DNA of 64,000 nucleotides from Candidatus Iainarchaeum sp. (GCA_028686985.1 JAQUBA010000002.1:20745-84744), one strand, 5' to 3'; positions 45,177 through 55,022 are shown, numbered from the stretch's first letter. A program made the numbers and translations. The notes: generated from the sequence alone by a model not told the origin.

Positions 45177-46484
45177 TCAGACCTTAATCTCATCCCCTAT
45201 TGACGGGACCACGACCTCGTAGCTCCTCTGCAGGCTCTCCTGCATTGATTTGAGCGCATCCTCTTCCCCATGGATAAGCACCACTTTCTTCAATCCCTTT
45301 ATGCCCTTCACGAATTGTATCAATTCGCTCTTCCCGGAGTGGCCTGAGATGCGTATCTCCCTCACCTTCATCCGCATCTTCACCATCTCGCGGTCTATCT
45401 CCACCTCCTTGGCGCCCTCCAGTATCTTCCTGCCGCGGGTGCCGTCCGCCTGGTAGCCCATGAATATTATCTTGTTTTTCGGGTCCGGAGCCATGCGCGT
45501 CACATAGCCGAGCGCGGGCCCGCCGGTGAGCATCCCGGAAGTGCTGACCACTATGGACGGCTCCTCAAACACGTCGTCCCTGTCCTTCCTGCGGGGCGTG
45601 TGGAAATACGGGCTCCTGAACGGGTCGTCGTCGCTCATTAATATTCTATTCTTTATTTCCTCCTTCGCATACCCTAGGTTCTGCCGCGTTATCTTCATCC
45701 CGGTGCCTATCATCCCCTCTATGTATATTTTCGTTTCCGGTATCGCGCCCGATTTCATGTAGGATTCAAGCAGCAGCAATATCTCCTGCCCCCGCCCGAC
45801 CGCAAAGGAAGGTATGAGCACGTGCCCCCCCTCCTTCAATGTCTCCTTTATCTCGTGCGCCAGCTTCTTCATCGTCTCCTTCACCGCGGGCAGCTCCTCG
45901 TTCCCGTAGGTGCTCTCTATTATCAGCGTGTCGCAGTGGAAGTTCCTGTCGCACCCGTCCAGCAGTTTCGTGCCGCGCACCGATATGTCCCCCGTGTAGA
46001 GCACTCTTTTTTCCCCTTCCACCAGCGCCATCGCGCTGCCCAGGATGTGCCCCGCGTTCAGCAGGGAAACCTTGAAGCCGTGCCCAGAATTGAATGGCTG
46101 CCTGAACTCATGCAGGCGGAAATTGTTCATCGCATTGTCAACGTCCTTCTGCGTGAACGCCTCGGCCCCCCTGCGCACGCCCCTCCCCAGCCGCGCATAG
46201 TCCGCGAGCAGCACGGAGACCAGGTCCCTGGTCGGCTTCGTCGCATGCACGTGCGGCTTCAGCCCTTCCTTGAAAACGTGCGGCAGATAGCCCGAATGGT
46301 CCAGGTGCGCGTGCGTGACGACAATGTCGTGCAGGTGCTTCCCCATCGCATCCGGTATCTGCGGGTACTCGGTCTGTTCGCCGAGCTTCACCCCGCAGTC
46401 CAGCATTATGTATTTTCCCTTCTCGTGGAGCATGAAGCAGTTCCTTCCGACCTCGTGCGCCCCTCCGTAAATGTAAAGTTCCAT
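45177..46484 (-). CDS. Beta-CASP metallo-beta-lactamase RNase (aCPSF2/RNase J-like)
   Basis: 435 aa; HxHxDH motif VVTHAHLDHSGYLP, beta-CASP region, C-terminal His motifs. Confidence 0.75.
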   Translation of the reverse strand: MELYIYGGAHEVGRNCFMLHEKGKYIMLDCGVKLGEQTEYPQIPDAMGKHLHDIVVTHAHLDHSGYLPHVFKEGLKPHVHATKPTRDLVSVLLADYARLGRGVRRGAEAFTQKDVDNAMNNFRLHEFRQPFNSGHGFKVSLLNAGHILGSAMALVEGEKRVLYTGDISVRGTKLLDGCDRNFHCDTLIIESTYGNEELPAVKETMKKLAHEIKETLKEGGHVLIPSFAVGRGQEILLLLESYMKSGAIPETKIYIEGMIGTGMKITRQNLGYAKEEIKNRILMSDDDPFRSPYFHTPRRKDRDDVFEEPSIVVSTSGMLTGGPALGYVTRMAPDPKNKIIFMGYQADGTRGRKILEGAKEVEIDREMVKMRMKVREIRISGHSGKSELIQFVKGIKGLKKVVLIHGEEDALKSMQESLQRSYEVVVPSIGDEIKV

Positions 46485-46543
46485 GCACTAGTTTTGAGGG
46501 AAACGTATATAACGCTGCTTAACGCAATACCACCGGTGCCGTT

Positions 46544-47152
46544 ATGGTGCAACCGAGGCAGGCTGACAAGGACTATGCGACTGAGGCGGTCAAGCAGGGC
46601 ATGTCGCTTTCGGAAACATCTTACTCCATCGCCGGGAGGGGTCTCGTTTATATTGCGACCGACAGGCCGCAGAGCTCATTCAATTCAGTTGACGCCTACA
46701 TCCAGTACGTCTATGAAAACAGGCACGACCGCGACCGGGTGCAGTTCATAAACATAGACAAGAACAACCGCTACAACTCGCGCAGCGAGCAGGACCTTAT
46801 CACAAGGGCAATCGCGGAGCAGGAGGGTGTGGAGACAGTCCCGCCTTTCCGGAGGGAGGCGATGCGGGTCGAGGAAACGGAGAGGAGGGAGACGGAGATT
46901 GTGCGCGTCAGTTATGCGGGAAGCCCAGTGAGGATTGAAGTGGACGTCACCGACATGAGGCAGGTGGACAGGGATTCGCTCAGGCAGGACATAGAGCGGA
47001 TGGGGCGCAGGCCGGATGAGAATGCCCTGTTCAGCCTGGTGGACCGGTATTTTCCCTACATAGACAGAATCACCGTGCGCGGCAGGGAAGTTGAGATGGG
47101 CAATTCCGGATCTGCCATGTCGGACATAAACAGCATTTCCGGGCATGTGTGA
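46544..47152 (+). CDS. Family-A paralog 1 (lineage-specific hypothetical; shares N-terminal YIATDR...YVYENRHDRD block with 50673..51389)
   Basis: 202 aa; ~50% identity over N-terminal 100 aa with A3; TATA-like acgtatataacg ~35 bp upstream. Confidence 0.55.
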   Translation: MVQPRQADKDYATEAVKQGMSLSETSYSIAGRGLVYIATDRPQSSFNSVDAYIQYVYENRHDRDRVQFINIDKNNRYNSRSEQDLITRAIAEQEGVETVPPFRREAMRVEETERRETEIVRVSYAGSPVRIEVDVTDMRQVDRDSLRQDIERMGRRPDENALFSLVDRYFPYIDRITVRGREVEMGNSGSAMSDINSISGHV

Positions 47153-47373
47153 CCGGGATTATTCAACGGGTGGAACGTATGGCAAGGGCGGAAGGAATGA
47201 AGTCCGTGCGTGTGAACGTTGCGGAAAAGTGGGAACAGGTAAAGGACGCGGTGCCGGTAAGGCTTCTGGACGCCAACCCCAAGGCGGAACGCCGCGCAAG
47301 GGATGGATGACGCATGCCACGCGGAGCACATGCAACACGGGGGGAAAGGAGGGAGGGGCAGAGCGAGCTTGAG

Positions 47374-48657
47374 ATGACGCGCCAGCAGGGCTTCACCGTA
47401 TATGGGCCGGTGAACGTGCCGGGCTATGGCGACATACACGTCGCATCAAGGGACATATGCGTATCCCCGCAGGAGCTGAGGGACTACGCCTACCGCGTGC
47501 TGTTCCCGGAATCCGCGGAAGGCAGCCCGAGCGACCGCATAAGGTTCCTGCGTTCCGGGGATACGAACTGCACCTATATCGCAATGGAGGAGGTGCGCGA
47601 GATATTCAGGAAGATAGACTGGAATGCGATATCCATGTCCGATGGCAGCATCTCCTTCCCGGACTTCAACGCAGAGCTGCAGTTCGTGGAGCGCAGGGAC
47701 TACGGCGGCCCGCTTCAGGCTCCCAGCCAAGCGCCCGCGGCATCCGAGGTTTCCGCCGCGCCGGTTTCCCGCGAAACCGAACTTCCGCAGGAAGGGGCGA
47801 AGCGCGCGGAGGCGGCAACCCGCGAGGAAGGCATCCCATACCTGGACCGGGAGCCGAGCTCCGTGGACGCAAGCCACATAATCTGGGGCGACTACTCATC
47901 CATCGTGGAGGGCACGCGCCGCACCCAGCCCCCTGAGCTCACGCAGCTGCAGAGGGAATACTTCGGGCTGAAGAGCGACGCCACATTTTACTGGAGGTCG
48001 CGCGGCACCGAAGGCTACGTAGCAATCTATTTCAATTTCATTTCCCCCGAGGGCGAGGCACAGGACACTCGGCAGCTCGCGCAAGAGCTCGCGGAGACGG
48101 AAGGGGACCTTTCCGCGCTCATCAGTTTCGTGCAGAGGCACATGGCAAACATCGCGGATGTGAACGTGGAAAGCGACCGGGGCGCGGGCGCGAACCTCAC
48201 CTCCGTCCAGCTGATTGCCGCGCTCTCCGCGATGGCGGGGCTGGAGCCGGCGTCCGCCGCAACGGAGCCCGTGCCGTCCATGCATGGGGGCAAGGCAGCG
48301 GTTTCGGCAGGGCTTGCCCAGGAACAGGCAGAGGAATACGGCGCACAGGTGATTGCCTACCCGGGCGACAACGTGATGGCTTCATTCCCTTCCATCACAT
48401 ATACGATGCGGGACGGCAGGACCGGCACCCTGGACGGATACTTCACGGTAACGCTCCCTTCGGACGAGCTTGAGGCGTGGAGGGTGCTCGTGAACATGCA
48501 GAGGATTGCGCGCGCACTGGAGCGGGGCGAAGCGATAAACGCACCGCTGCGGGACCTGCTCACGAATCACAGGGACAGCATAAGCTTCGTGGAGATGCAG
48601 GACTCCAACGGCACCCGCCTCACCGCGTCGCAGATAATCTACCGCTTGGAGCAGTGA
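47374..48657 (+). CDS. Hypothetical protein within paralog array (divergent member or distinct)
   Basis: ORF 47314..48657 (447 aa), start possibly at MTRQQGF; acidic, Ala/Glu-rich middle. Confidence 0.4.
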   Translation: MTRQQGFTVYGPVNVPGYGDIHVASRDICVSPQELRDYAYRVLFPESAEGSPSDRIRFLRSGDTNCTYIAMEEVREIFRKIDWNAISMSDGSISFPDFNAELQFVERRDYGGPLQAPSQAPAASEVSAAPVSRETELPQEGAKRAEAATREEGIPYLDREPSSVDASHIIWGDYSSIVEGTRRTQPPELTQLQREYFGLKSDATFYWRSRGTEGYVAIYFNFISPEGEAQDTRQLAQELAETEGDLSALISFVQRHMANIADVNVESDRGAGANLTSVQLIAALSAMAGLEPASAATEPVPSMHGGKAAVSAGLAQEQAEEYGAQVIAYPGDNVMASFPSITYTMRDGRTGTLDGYFTVTLPSDELEAWRVLVNMQRIARALERGEAINAPLRDLLTNHRDSISFVEMQDSNGTRLTASQIIYRLEQ

Positions 48658-48660
48658 GCT

Positions 48661-49533
48661 CTATTGCTGCGGCGGCGCGAGGTCTTCTCCGGATATTTCC
48701 ATTTCCCCCCCTCCATGCAATATGGCGTATCTGCCGCCCGCATTCCTTATCTCCGCCCTGCCGCGCACCGCTTCCGGGAGGATTATGGTGCGCATATCTA
48801 TCCGGGGCGTGCCGCCGAAATCCGCGGAGAGGACGTATGCGTTCGCGCTCCCCTCCTGCACGAGTATTGCGACGCTTCCAGCGGAAAGCAGCTGCCACCC
48901 TTCGGATGGCGCGAACTGTTTCTCGGCATACGGCACCCTCTCCATGCTCCAGCCCCTTGCGCCCAGCACCCCATCCCTGTTTATCATGAACATGCACGTC
49001 ATTCCGTTGTTGTGCGCGGCCGCAACCGAAAGGAAGTTCTCCCCCCTGAACCTGCTGTCCAGTTCAAAGGATATGGCCCTTGCGTCCCTGACCTCCCCCC
49101 CATCAACCGTTATCCACTCGTCCCCCCTTTCCGCCGCCTTCCATCCCATGACGAGCACTGCCCTGTCCTCCGAAACCACGACCGTGTGCTCCTCCCCCGG
49201 GACCATGGCCACAATCCTCCCGGGCTCGCCGTCCACCAGGTAGGTGAACCTGTAGGTGCCGTCCTTGGTCTCATATTCCATGCCGTACCTGAGTTTGGAT
49301 TCTGTAGCCCTGAAAAGGAAGCCGGTCTCCGCCCCGGCCCCGTTGCCTTCGGCCCGGAACCTCTCCTCGCCGAATTCAAATTCCTGCATATCGTTTTTCC
49401 TGGGCCTCACATCCCACCTGTCGAGGGGCACCGGGACGGTTTCTTCCCCCGCTGTGGCGTGCGGGCCGAACTTCTCATTTTGCACGGGCACCAGGCCCAT
49501 ATCGCCATATCTCTGCCCGCCTCTTTTCGCCAT
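48661..49533 (-). CDS. Family-B paralog 1 (no obvious signal peptide)
   Basis: 290 aa; shares GEEHTVVVSEDRAVLVMGW / GEQHSVVLTENYMMVVPG and C-terminal blocks with 53358..54275. Confidence 0.5.
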   Translation of the reverse strand: MAKRGGQRYGDMGLVPVQNEKFGPHATAGEETVPVPLDRWDVRPRKNDMQEFEFGEERFRAEGNGAGAETGFLFRATESKLRYGMEYETKDGTYRFTYLVDGEPGRIVAMVPGEEHTVVVSEDRAVLVMGWKAAERGDEWITVDGGEVRDARAISFELDSRFRGENFLSVAAAHNNGMTCMFMINRDGVLGARGWSMERVPYAEKQFAPSEGWQLLSAGSVAILVQEGSANAYVLSADFGGTPRIDMRTIILPEAVRGRAEIRNAGGRYAILHGGGEMEISGEDLAPPQQ

Positions 49534-49625
49534 GCATGAACTGGGTTCGGAAGAGTATATATTCCATTCGTGCGCAAAAAGAAAGATATTTAAATAAGCT
49601 CAACTGGATTATAGTGGGTGAAGTT

Positions 49626-50474
49626 ATGCCTGCACCGATGGTAAGACCTGAGAGGGAATTGAGAAAGGATTATGAAGCGACCCAGCAGATGCAGGTCGGA
49701 CAACTTCAGACCGAGTATGCTGATAGGGGATTTACAATTCTGAGGGCCGGTACGGACCTTGAAAATGTCAGGAGGAACATCTGGGCGGCATACGACCCCA
49801 AGACAGGGGACACTTATGTGTTCAGCGGTACGCGCGAAACCAGCTTCGGGACCAGCCAGTCGGTGTTGGACGCGGTTGGCAGATGGGTGGATAAGAGGAA
49901 TGCAGACCTTGCATTCAGCGAGACGATGGACGACACCCAGAGGCAGATCGACCTGAGGGGTTCGCGCGAGAGCGTGCGCAGCATGGACGCGCGCATGCAG
50001 GCATATTTCACCGAAGGAACGCAGCAGCCGGCGCAGGTGGCGAGGGAAACCCCCGCGCAGCCGGCCGCACGCGCAGCCGAGCCGGTGAGGGAGGAGCGCG
50101 CCCCGGCCACTGAACAGGCCGCCCCAAGCACGGCAGAGCCTGTCGCAAGGGAAGCCCAGCCTGCGGCCGCCAGTCGGCAACAGCAGGCGCTTGCAGATGC
50201 GATACGGACGGGGCAAAGAATGAGGATTCCAGTGTCCCAGAGCGGAAGTGAGCGGGTAATCATTACAATAGACGCTAGCCAGCTAAGCGAGTCAGATAGG
50301 TCTTTCCAGGCAAACCGGGCCGAGAGGGGCATTATCAACACTCCGGTTGGCATAATAGGGCTCTATAGGCTTTCCCGGGAGAATCCTGGCGCAATTTCTT
50401 TTACTTATCCTGATGGCACTCAGGTATCGGAAGATGATTTGCGCACCCGGGGCTGGCTCCCTCCGCGGGCATAG
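49626..50474 (+). CDS. Family-A paralog 2 (motif-bearing)
   Basis: ORF 49536..50474; start moved to MPAPMV downstream of TATA-like atatttaaata; contains VIITIDASQLSESDRSF motif; Pro/Ala/Glu-rich middle. Confidence 0.45.
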   Translation: MPAPMVRPERELRKDYEATQQMQVGQLQTEYADRGFTILRAGTDLENVRRNIWAAYDPKTGDTYVFSGTRETSFGTSQSVLDAVGRWVDKRNADLAFSETMDDTQRQIDLRGSRESVRSMDARMQAYFTEGTQQPAQVARETPAQPAARAAEPVREERAPATEQAAPSTAEPVAREAQPAAASRQQQALADAIRTGQRMRIPVSQSGSERVIITIDASQLSESDRSFQANRAERGIINTPVGIIGLYRLSRENPGAISFTYPDGTQVSEDDLRTRGWLPPRA

Positions 50475-50672
50475 CACCCGTTCCCGCCCTTCTTTTTCTT
50501 CTTCATCAATGGTTAATGGCATTTATGCGGGGGCTGGCACCGGCGGCATTGCCGGATGCGGCACGCAGCCGCCTGAACGATGGGCATGAAGCCCTCCGGA
50601 GCCGCCCGCCCGTATCCACCGACGCCCACCATTAGGTATAAATATGCTTGCAACGGCGTATATATCGGTGAA

Positions 50673-51389
50673 ATGATGCCAAGGGTAACCGAACAGAAAA
50701 GGGATGAGGTCATTGAGGCCGCGGACCACGGGATGACTTTTTCGGGGCAGTCTTATCAGGTACGCAACCTTGGGGACATCTACATAGCCACCGACAGGAG
50801 GCGCGATTCATTCTCAAGCAACGAGGAATACGTGAGATACGTATATGAAAACAGGCATGACAGGGACAAGGTCAGGTTCATAAACGAGGAGCAGAACAAC
50901 CTCTATAAGGCGACAAGGTACCAGGACCGGATTGCCGTGGAGATCGCCAGGCAGGCGGGCGTGGAGGTTTCCGCACCGCCGACCAGTTTCCCGGAGGAGG
51001 CCCGCAGGGCGGAGCAGGCCGCAGAGCAGCCGCAGGAGACGGTCACCCGCGAGAATGTGGAGGTGCGCGAGCAGCAGAGGGAAGAAACGGCAATCTTCAG
51101 GGTTTCTTTCTGGGGCAGGCCAGTCCGGTTTGAGATGGACGTTTCCAACCTGTCCGAGCTGGACAGGGAGTGGTTGCGCGGCAGCATAGACAGCCTGGCA
51201 AGGGCGAATGCGAGCAACATGGAGGACACGTTCTCTACGTTCATAGACAATTTCAAGGACAGGATGAGGGGGCTCAGCATGGAGTTTACGACCGAGAACC
51301 TGGATAGGTACTGGGGCGCGGTTCCTTATGGGAATATGACGGGCGCCGAGGTCGTTGCCCAGATGCGCAGCCTTATCGGCAGGGTCTAA
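50673..51389 (+). CDS. Family-A paralog 3
   Basis: Aligns residue-for-residue with 46544 paralog from the second Met; TATA box ggtataaatatg ~30 bp upstream of MMPRVTEQ; motif RFEMDVSNLSELDREWL. Confidence 0.55.
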   Translation: MMPRVTEQKRDEVIEAADHGMTFSGQSYQVRNLGDIYIATDRRRDSFSSNEEYVRYVYENRHDRDKVRFINEEQNNLYKATRYQDRIAVEIARQAGVEVSAPPTSFPEEARRAEQAAEQPQETVTRENVEVREQQREETAIFRVSFWGRPVRFEMDVSNLSELDREWLRGSIDSLARANASNMEDTFSTFIDNFKDRMRGLSMEFTTENLDRYWGAVPYGNMTGAEVVAQMRSLIGRV

Positions 51390-51392
51390 TAG

Positions 51393-52265
51393 ATGGGAAA
51401 GAATCAGGCCCGTTCCGACGCGGAGCGCGACTCCGGGGCAAGGAAAGGCATCCGCACGCCGCGGCGCGGCGCCACTGCCAAGATTATCGCCGCGGGGCTG
51501 ATGCTCGCCCCCAATCCAGCACACGCGCGCAGCCCTTCCCAACCCGCCGTTTTCCAGCCCCCGGCATCCGGAACATCAGGCACATCCGACCTGCTCTCAC
51601 CGCAGCCCGAGCAGATCCAATACTCTGAAGCGTTCAGGGACGCCGATTTCACCTGCGAAACAGGCGGTGGGATGGTGCGCATAAGCGGGAATGTGGAAGG
51701 CGGAAAGATTGAATTCCCGGCCCCGGCGGACCTGGGCGCGGTGCGCGGCATATACCGCACAGGCTCCCGCATCCGCGTGCTTTCCGACAATTACCTGATA
51801 ACCGCGCGGGCCAGCGGCACCGATGCAATCAACGTTTCGCTTCCGCAGGGGGCGAAGGGAGCGCTCTCCGCCTGGCTTTCCACCGAAAACACATTCTACA
51901 TCCTTTCCTCGGACGGGAACGTGCATGCGACAAACCCGGAGGACACAAGTTGCCCGTGGTATTCCGGGGGGCCGTTCCGCACGGTGGAGGGCGCAAGGCT
52001 CATGGAAGTGAGAGGTTTGCTCGCAATCGTGCAGGGCTCTGCAACGGCAGTCATACTCGTCAAGGTCGTCCCGGGCGGCGCATGGGATTCGCTGTCCGTT
52101 CGCCTGAATTTCCAGCCCGAGGGGGAACCGTCCGTTTCCATGACCCCAACCGGATTCAAGGTGGTTTTCGGGAACTGCGAAGTGGCGCTGGACATACCGG
52201 GCGAAGGGGAGATGGGCTCCGTGCTCCCCATCGTCACAAGGCACGAGCCAGCCAATCTGCCTTAA
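51393..52265 (+). CDS. Family-B paralog 2 with twin-arginine-like signal peptide
   Basis: 290 aa; TPRRGATAKIIAAGLMLAPNPAHA; homologous blocks with 53358 (RGLLAIVQGSATAV vs RGLLLVLQSGALPV). Confidence 0.5.
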   Translation: MGKNQARSDAERDSGARKGIRTPRRGATAKIIAAGLMLAPNPAHARSPSQPAVFQPPASGTSGTSDLLSPQPEQIQYSEAFRDADFTCETGGGMVRISGNVEGGKIEFPAPADLGAVRGIYRTGSRIRVLSDNYLITARASGTDAINVSLPQGAKGALSAWLSTENTFYILSSDGNVHATNPEDTSCPWYSGGPFRTVEGARLMEVRGLLAIVQGSATAVILVKVVPGGAWDSLSVRLNFQPEGEPSVSMTPTGFKVVFGNCEVALDIPGEGEMGSVLPIVTRHEPANLP

Positions 52266-52364
52266 TTTTCAATTTTATTTTTCTATCCTGCCATTCCCAG
52301 CCGCACTTCTGCAATCCACGGAAAACTATATATAGCTGACCGAAGGATTATCATAGGTGATGAT

Positions 52365-53342
52365 ATGGCTCAGGCACACAGGCAAACTGTATCCCAGTTA
52401 AGAGACCAATTGGCAAGCCAGGGTTTTGTGGAAAATACATTGATGATAGGCGGAGCGCAGTATTCTGTTTGGATGAAGGGCTGCAGCGACCTGACCAATC
52501 CTGAAACGGTTTCCCAATTCATGCAGGGCAATGCACGAAACCGAAACGCCCTCCGCGTGTTCGCGGTAGACAATGGGCAGATTGCAGTCAGCTCGCGCGG
52601 CATAGAGGAGCTCCATTCCAACGAAAGGATCAGGGGCCTTGGGGAGAGATATGGCGGCGCCACAAAAGAGGCCCGCGAATCTTATGAGCGTGAGCACCCG
52701 CCGGCAGCCTTCATCAGGGAAGCGGCTGAATCAGAGGTGCGAGCAGAGCCAGCGCCGGCAGCCCAGCCCCCGGTTGTGCGGGCCCCCGCAAGGGCGGAGA
52801 GAGTTGCGGCGCAGACGACCACGCAGGGCGCGCCATTTACAGTATATGTATTTAATACTGTCATTGAGCCCACGCAATTCCGGCCAGGCTCATATGATAT
52901 GACACACTCCCATTCAGAAACGTATCATATTGACCTTAACAGGCTAAGCGCGGCGGAACGCCGTACCTACGAGGATTTGAGAGGCAAGTACTCAAACCCA
53001 CGCACTGCATACGATCCAAATCAGATGAACACGGATTTGCAGGCGTTTATTGACAGGGTGAGCGCGAGGAATGCGTGGATCAATCCGGGTGCCGCCACGC
53101 AGGGAACTGAGTTTTCTTTCACCCAGCTTGCCGCGGGCGCCAATGTAACATCTGACGTGACCGAATCATACACATTCAGGATTGACCTCAATGTGCTTGA
53201 TGACGGCCAGCGCCGCCGCCTAAACGCTTTGCTCGGGGTTTTCAGCAACAACCCGACCGAGGCCAATAACCTGGAAAGAATGCAGGGCTTCCTGAATTCC
53301 CTCCCAAGCGGAGCGGTGATACAGAGGCCAACCATGGCGTAA
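52365..53342 (+). CDS. Family-A paralog 4 (two copies of the hxhDhNxL motif)
   Basis: 325 aa; YHIDLNRLSAAERRTYEDLRG and FRIDLNVLDDGQRRRLNALLG; N-terminal similarity to 54379 (RIRGLGERYGG vs LGERLGERGG). Confidence 0.5.
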   Translation: MAQAHRQTVSQLRDQLASQGFVENTLMIGGAQYSVWMKGCSDLTNPETVSQFMQGNARNRNALRVFAVDNGQIAVSSRGIEELHSNERIRGLGERYGGATKEARESYEREHPPAAFIREAAESEVRAEPAPAAQPPVVRAPARAERVAAQTTTQGAPFTVYVFNTVIEPTQFRPGSYDMTHSHSETYHIDLNRLSAAERRTYEDLRGKYSNPRTAYDPNQMNTDLQAFIDRVSARNAWINPGAATQGTEFSFTQLAAGANVTSDVTESYTFRIDLNVLDDGQRRRLNALLGVFSNNPTEANNLERMQGFLNSLPSGAVIQRPTMA

Positions 53343-53357
53343 AAATCGGCTGTTCGG

Positions 53358-54275
53358 CTATTGGGCCTGCGCTCGGGTTTCTACGGCTACGGACAAGGTT
53401 GATGCATCGCCTTCCGTGCCTATCGTTATTGTGAGCGTTGCATTTCCCCCCCTCAGGACAATGGACCCAGCATGCGATTCTACCGAAACGGGCCCCTCCA
53501 GCGCCGGATTCAGCGGGTAATCCGCTTCCACCCACCCATCGCTCCCTGGCATGGCGCCCTGGAAAGCAAGAACCGGAAGCGCTCCGCTCTGCAGCACAAG
53601 GAGCAGCCCCCTGAATGCCGCCAGTTTCGCGTCTTCGCCGATTCTAGTGTTCGGGAGGCTCCTCTCCCAATCCCCATCCGGGTCAGAGACGTCTATGACA
53701 TAAATCCTTTTCTCCGGAGTCAGGAAATAGAAAAGGTTCCTTTCATTGTCAAATGCATGCTCATTAAGGGCATCCGGAAGCAGGATATCCATGCTTGAAA
53801 CAGTTTCCCATTCGCTGTTCCTTCCGGGCACCACCATCATGTAGTTTTCAGTGAGAACGACTGAATGCTGTTCCCCGACCATCACGTCCTTCACCGCACC
53901 GCGTCGCTCCCTCGCGATGCTGTCAAAATGGACTTTCTTTTCGCCTCCGCCAGGGAGCGCATAAGTGAGCTCCATCCCGCAGTCGCTCTCCCTCACAGCA
54001 ACCTGCGCATTCCTGAATGTCTCCGCCATCCCTTCCGTGATGCAGCCCATTTCTATGGTGAAGCCTTCTATAAGGATTTCTTCGGTTGGAGGCCTGCCTT
54101 CGGAAGGGGCCTGTGCGGCAGTGCGCGGAGGAAGGGGAAGCTCCCGAGGGGGCACCCTCGCCCCGGCTTCCGGAGCCGCCAGCATGATAGAACCTGCAAT
54201 CGCAAGGGCAAGGGAACGGCGGGTTCCCGTTTCACATTTTCCTGCCCCATTTTTGCTCGCAACTGGAATTGCCAT
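53358..54275 (-). CDS. Family-B paralog 3 with twin-arginine-like signal peptide
   Basis: 305 aa; GTRRSLALAIAGSIMLAAPEAGA; convergent with A4. Confidence 0.5.
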   Translation of the reverse strand: MAIPVASKNGAGKCETGTRRSLALAIAGSIMLAAPEAGARVPPRELPLPPRTAAQAPSEGRPPTEEILIEGFTIEMGCITEGMAETFRNAQVAVRESDCGMELTYALPGGGEKKVHFDSIARERRGAVKDVMVGEQHSVVLTENYMMVVPGRNSEWETVSSMDILLPDALNEHAFDNERNLFYFLTPEKRIYVIDVSDPDGDWERSLPNTRIGEDAKLAAFRGLLLVLQSGALPVLAFQGAMPGSDGWVEADYPLNPALEGPVSVESHAGSIVLRGGNATLTITIGTEGDASTLSVAVETRAQAQ

Positions 54276-54378
54276 AGTATAACCTTGGCTGGGAAGGCTT
54301 TTTAATACTATTACACACTTTCTAACACACTAACGGAAACCTTTAATAATAATGATAAGGTAATGTTGATGTGATATT

Positions 54379-54993
54379 ATGTCAAATGGTGGACAAATAA
54401 CCCGAGAAAGGCAGCAACCTGCCGAGACAGCGGCACAAGCCCATGTTTTCACCTATAACGAAACATTGACCCAGACGCTCCCCAATGGAAACCAAATCAG
54501 CTACCAGATTGGCTCGGATACTGTTGATGTGCGGGATGCACGGGGCATCCTTAAAGCACTCACAAACGCCCCAAGCCAGGTGAGCGTCCTCCGGATTGAG
54601 GGGGACCAGGAAGTAGAGCTCAACGATCTCCAGAAACACGAGCTGGGCGAGAGGCTGGGAGAACGCGGCGGCGATTTTGCCCTCGCTGGAGGCAGGGTTG
54701 AGCTTACCGGTGCGCCTGAAATCACCGTAATTCCCACTGAAGAGGTTGCCGCGGAAAGGCAGCAGGCAAGGTGGGTTACGATAAGAAGCAACGAATATGA
54801 ACAAAATGTTAGCGCTGAAAACCAACGTTCCTATTCCAGTGTTGAGATAGACATGAACGCGCTTACCGACGACCAAAAGCGTGAATTGGGCTTTTTCAGG
54901 GGCGGGCAGTCCTCCCTCAGTTCGCAGGAACTTCTGGCTTGGAGCGGAAGGGCGGAAAACCACTCAGTGGTCAGAAACAGGACGCGGCATTAG
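54379..54993 (+). CDS. Family-A paralog 5
   Basis: 204 aa; VEIDMNALTDDQKRELGFFRG motif; TA-rich promoter-like upstream region. Confidence 0.5.
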   Translation: MSNGGQITRERQQPAETAAQAHVFTYNETLTQTLPNGNQISYQIGSDTVDVRDARGILKALTNAPSQVSVLRIEGDQEVELNDLQKHELGERLGERGGDFALAGGRVELTGAPEITVIPTEEVAAERQQARWVTIRSNEYEQNVSAENQRSYSSVEIDMNALTDDQKRELGFFRGGQSSLSSQELLAWSGRAENHSVVRNRTRH

Positions 54994-55022
54994 GGCATTT
55001 TAGCCAGTTTCGGCTGCCCCGG

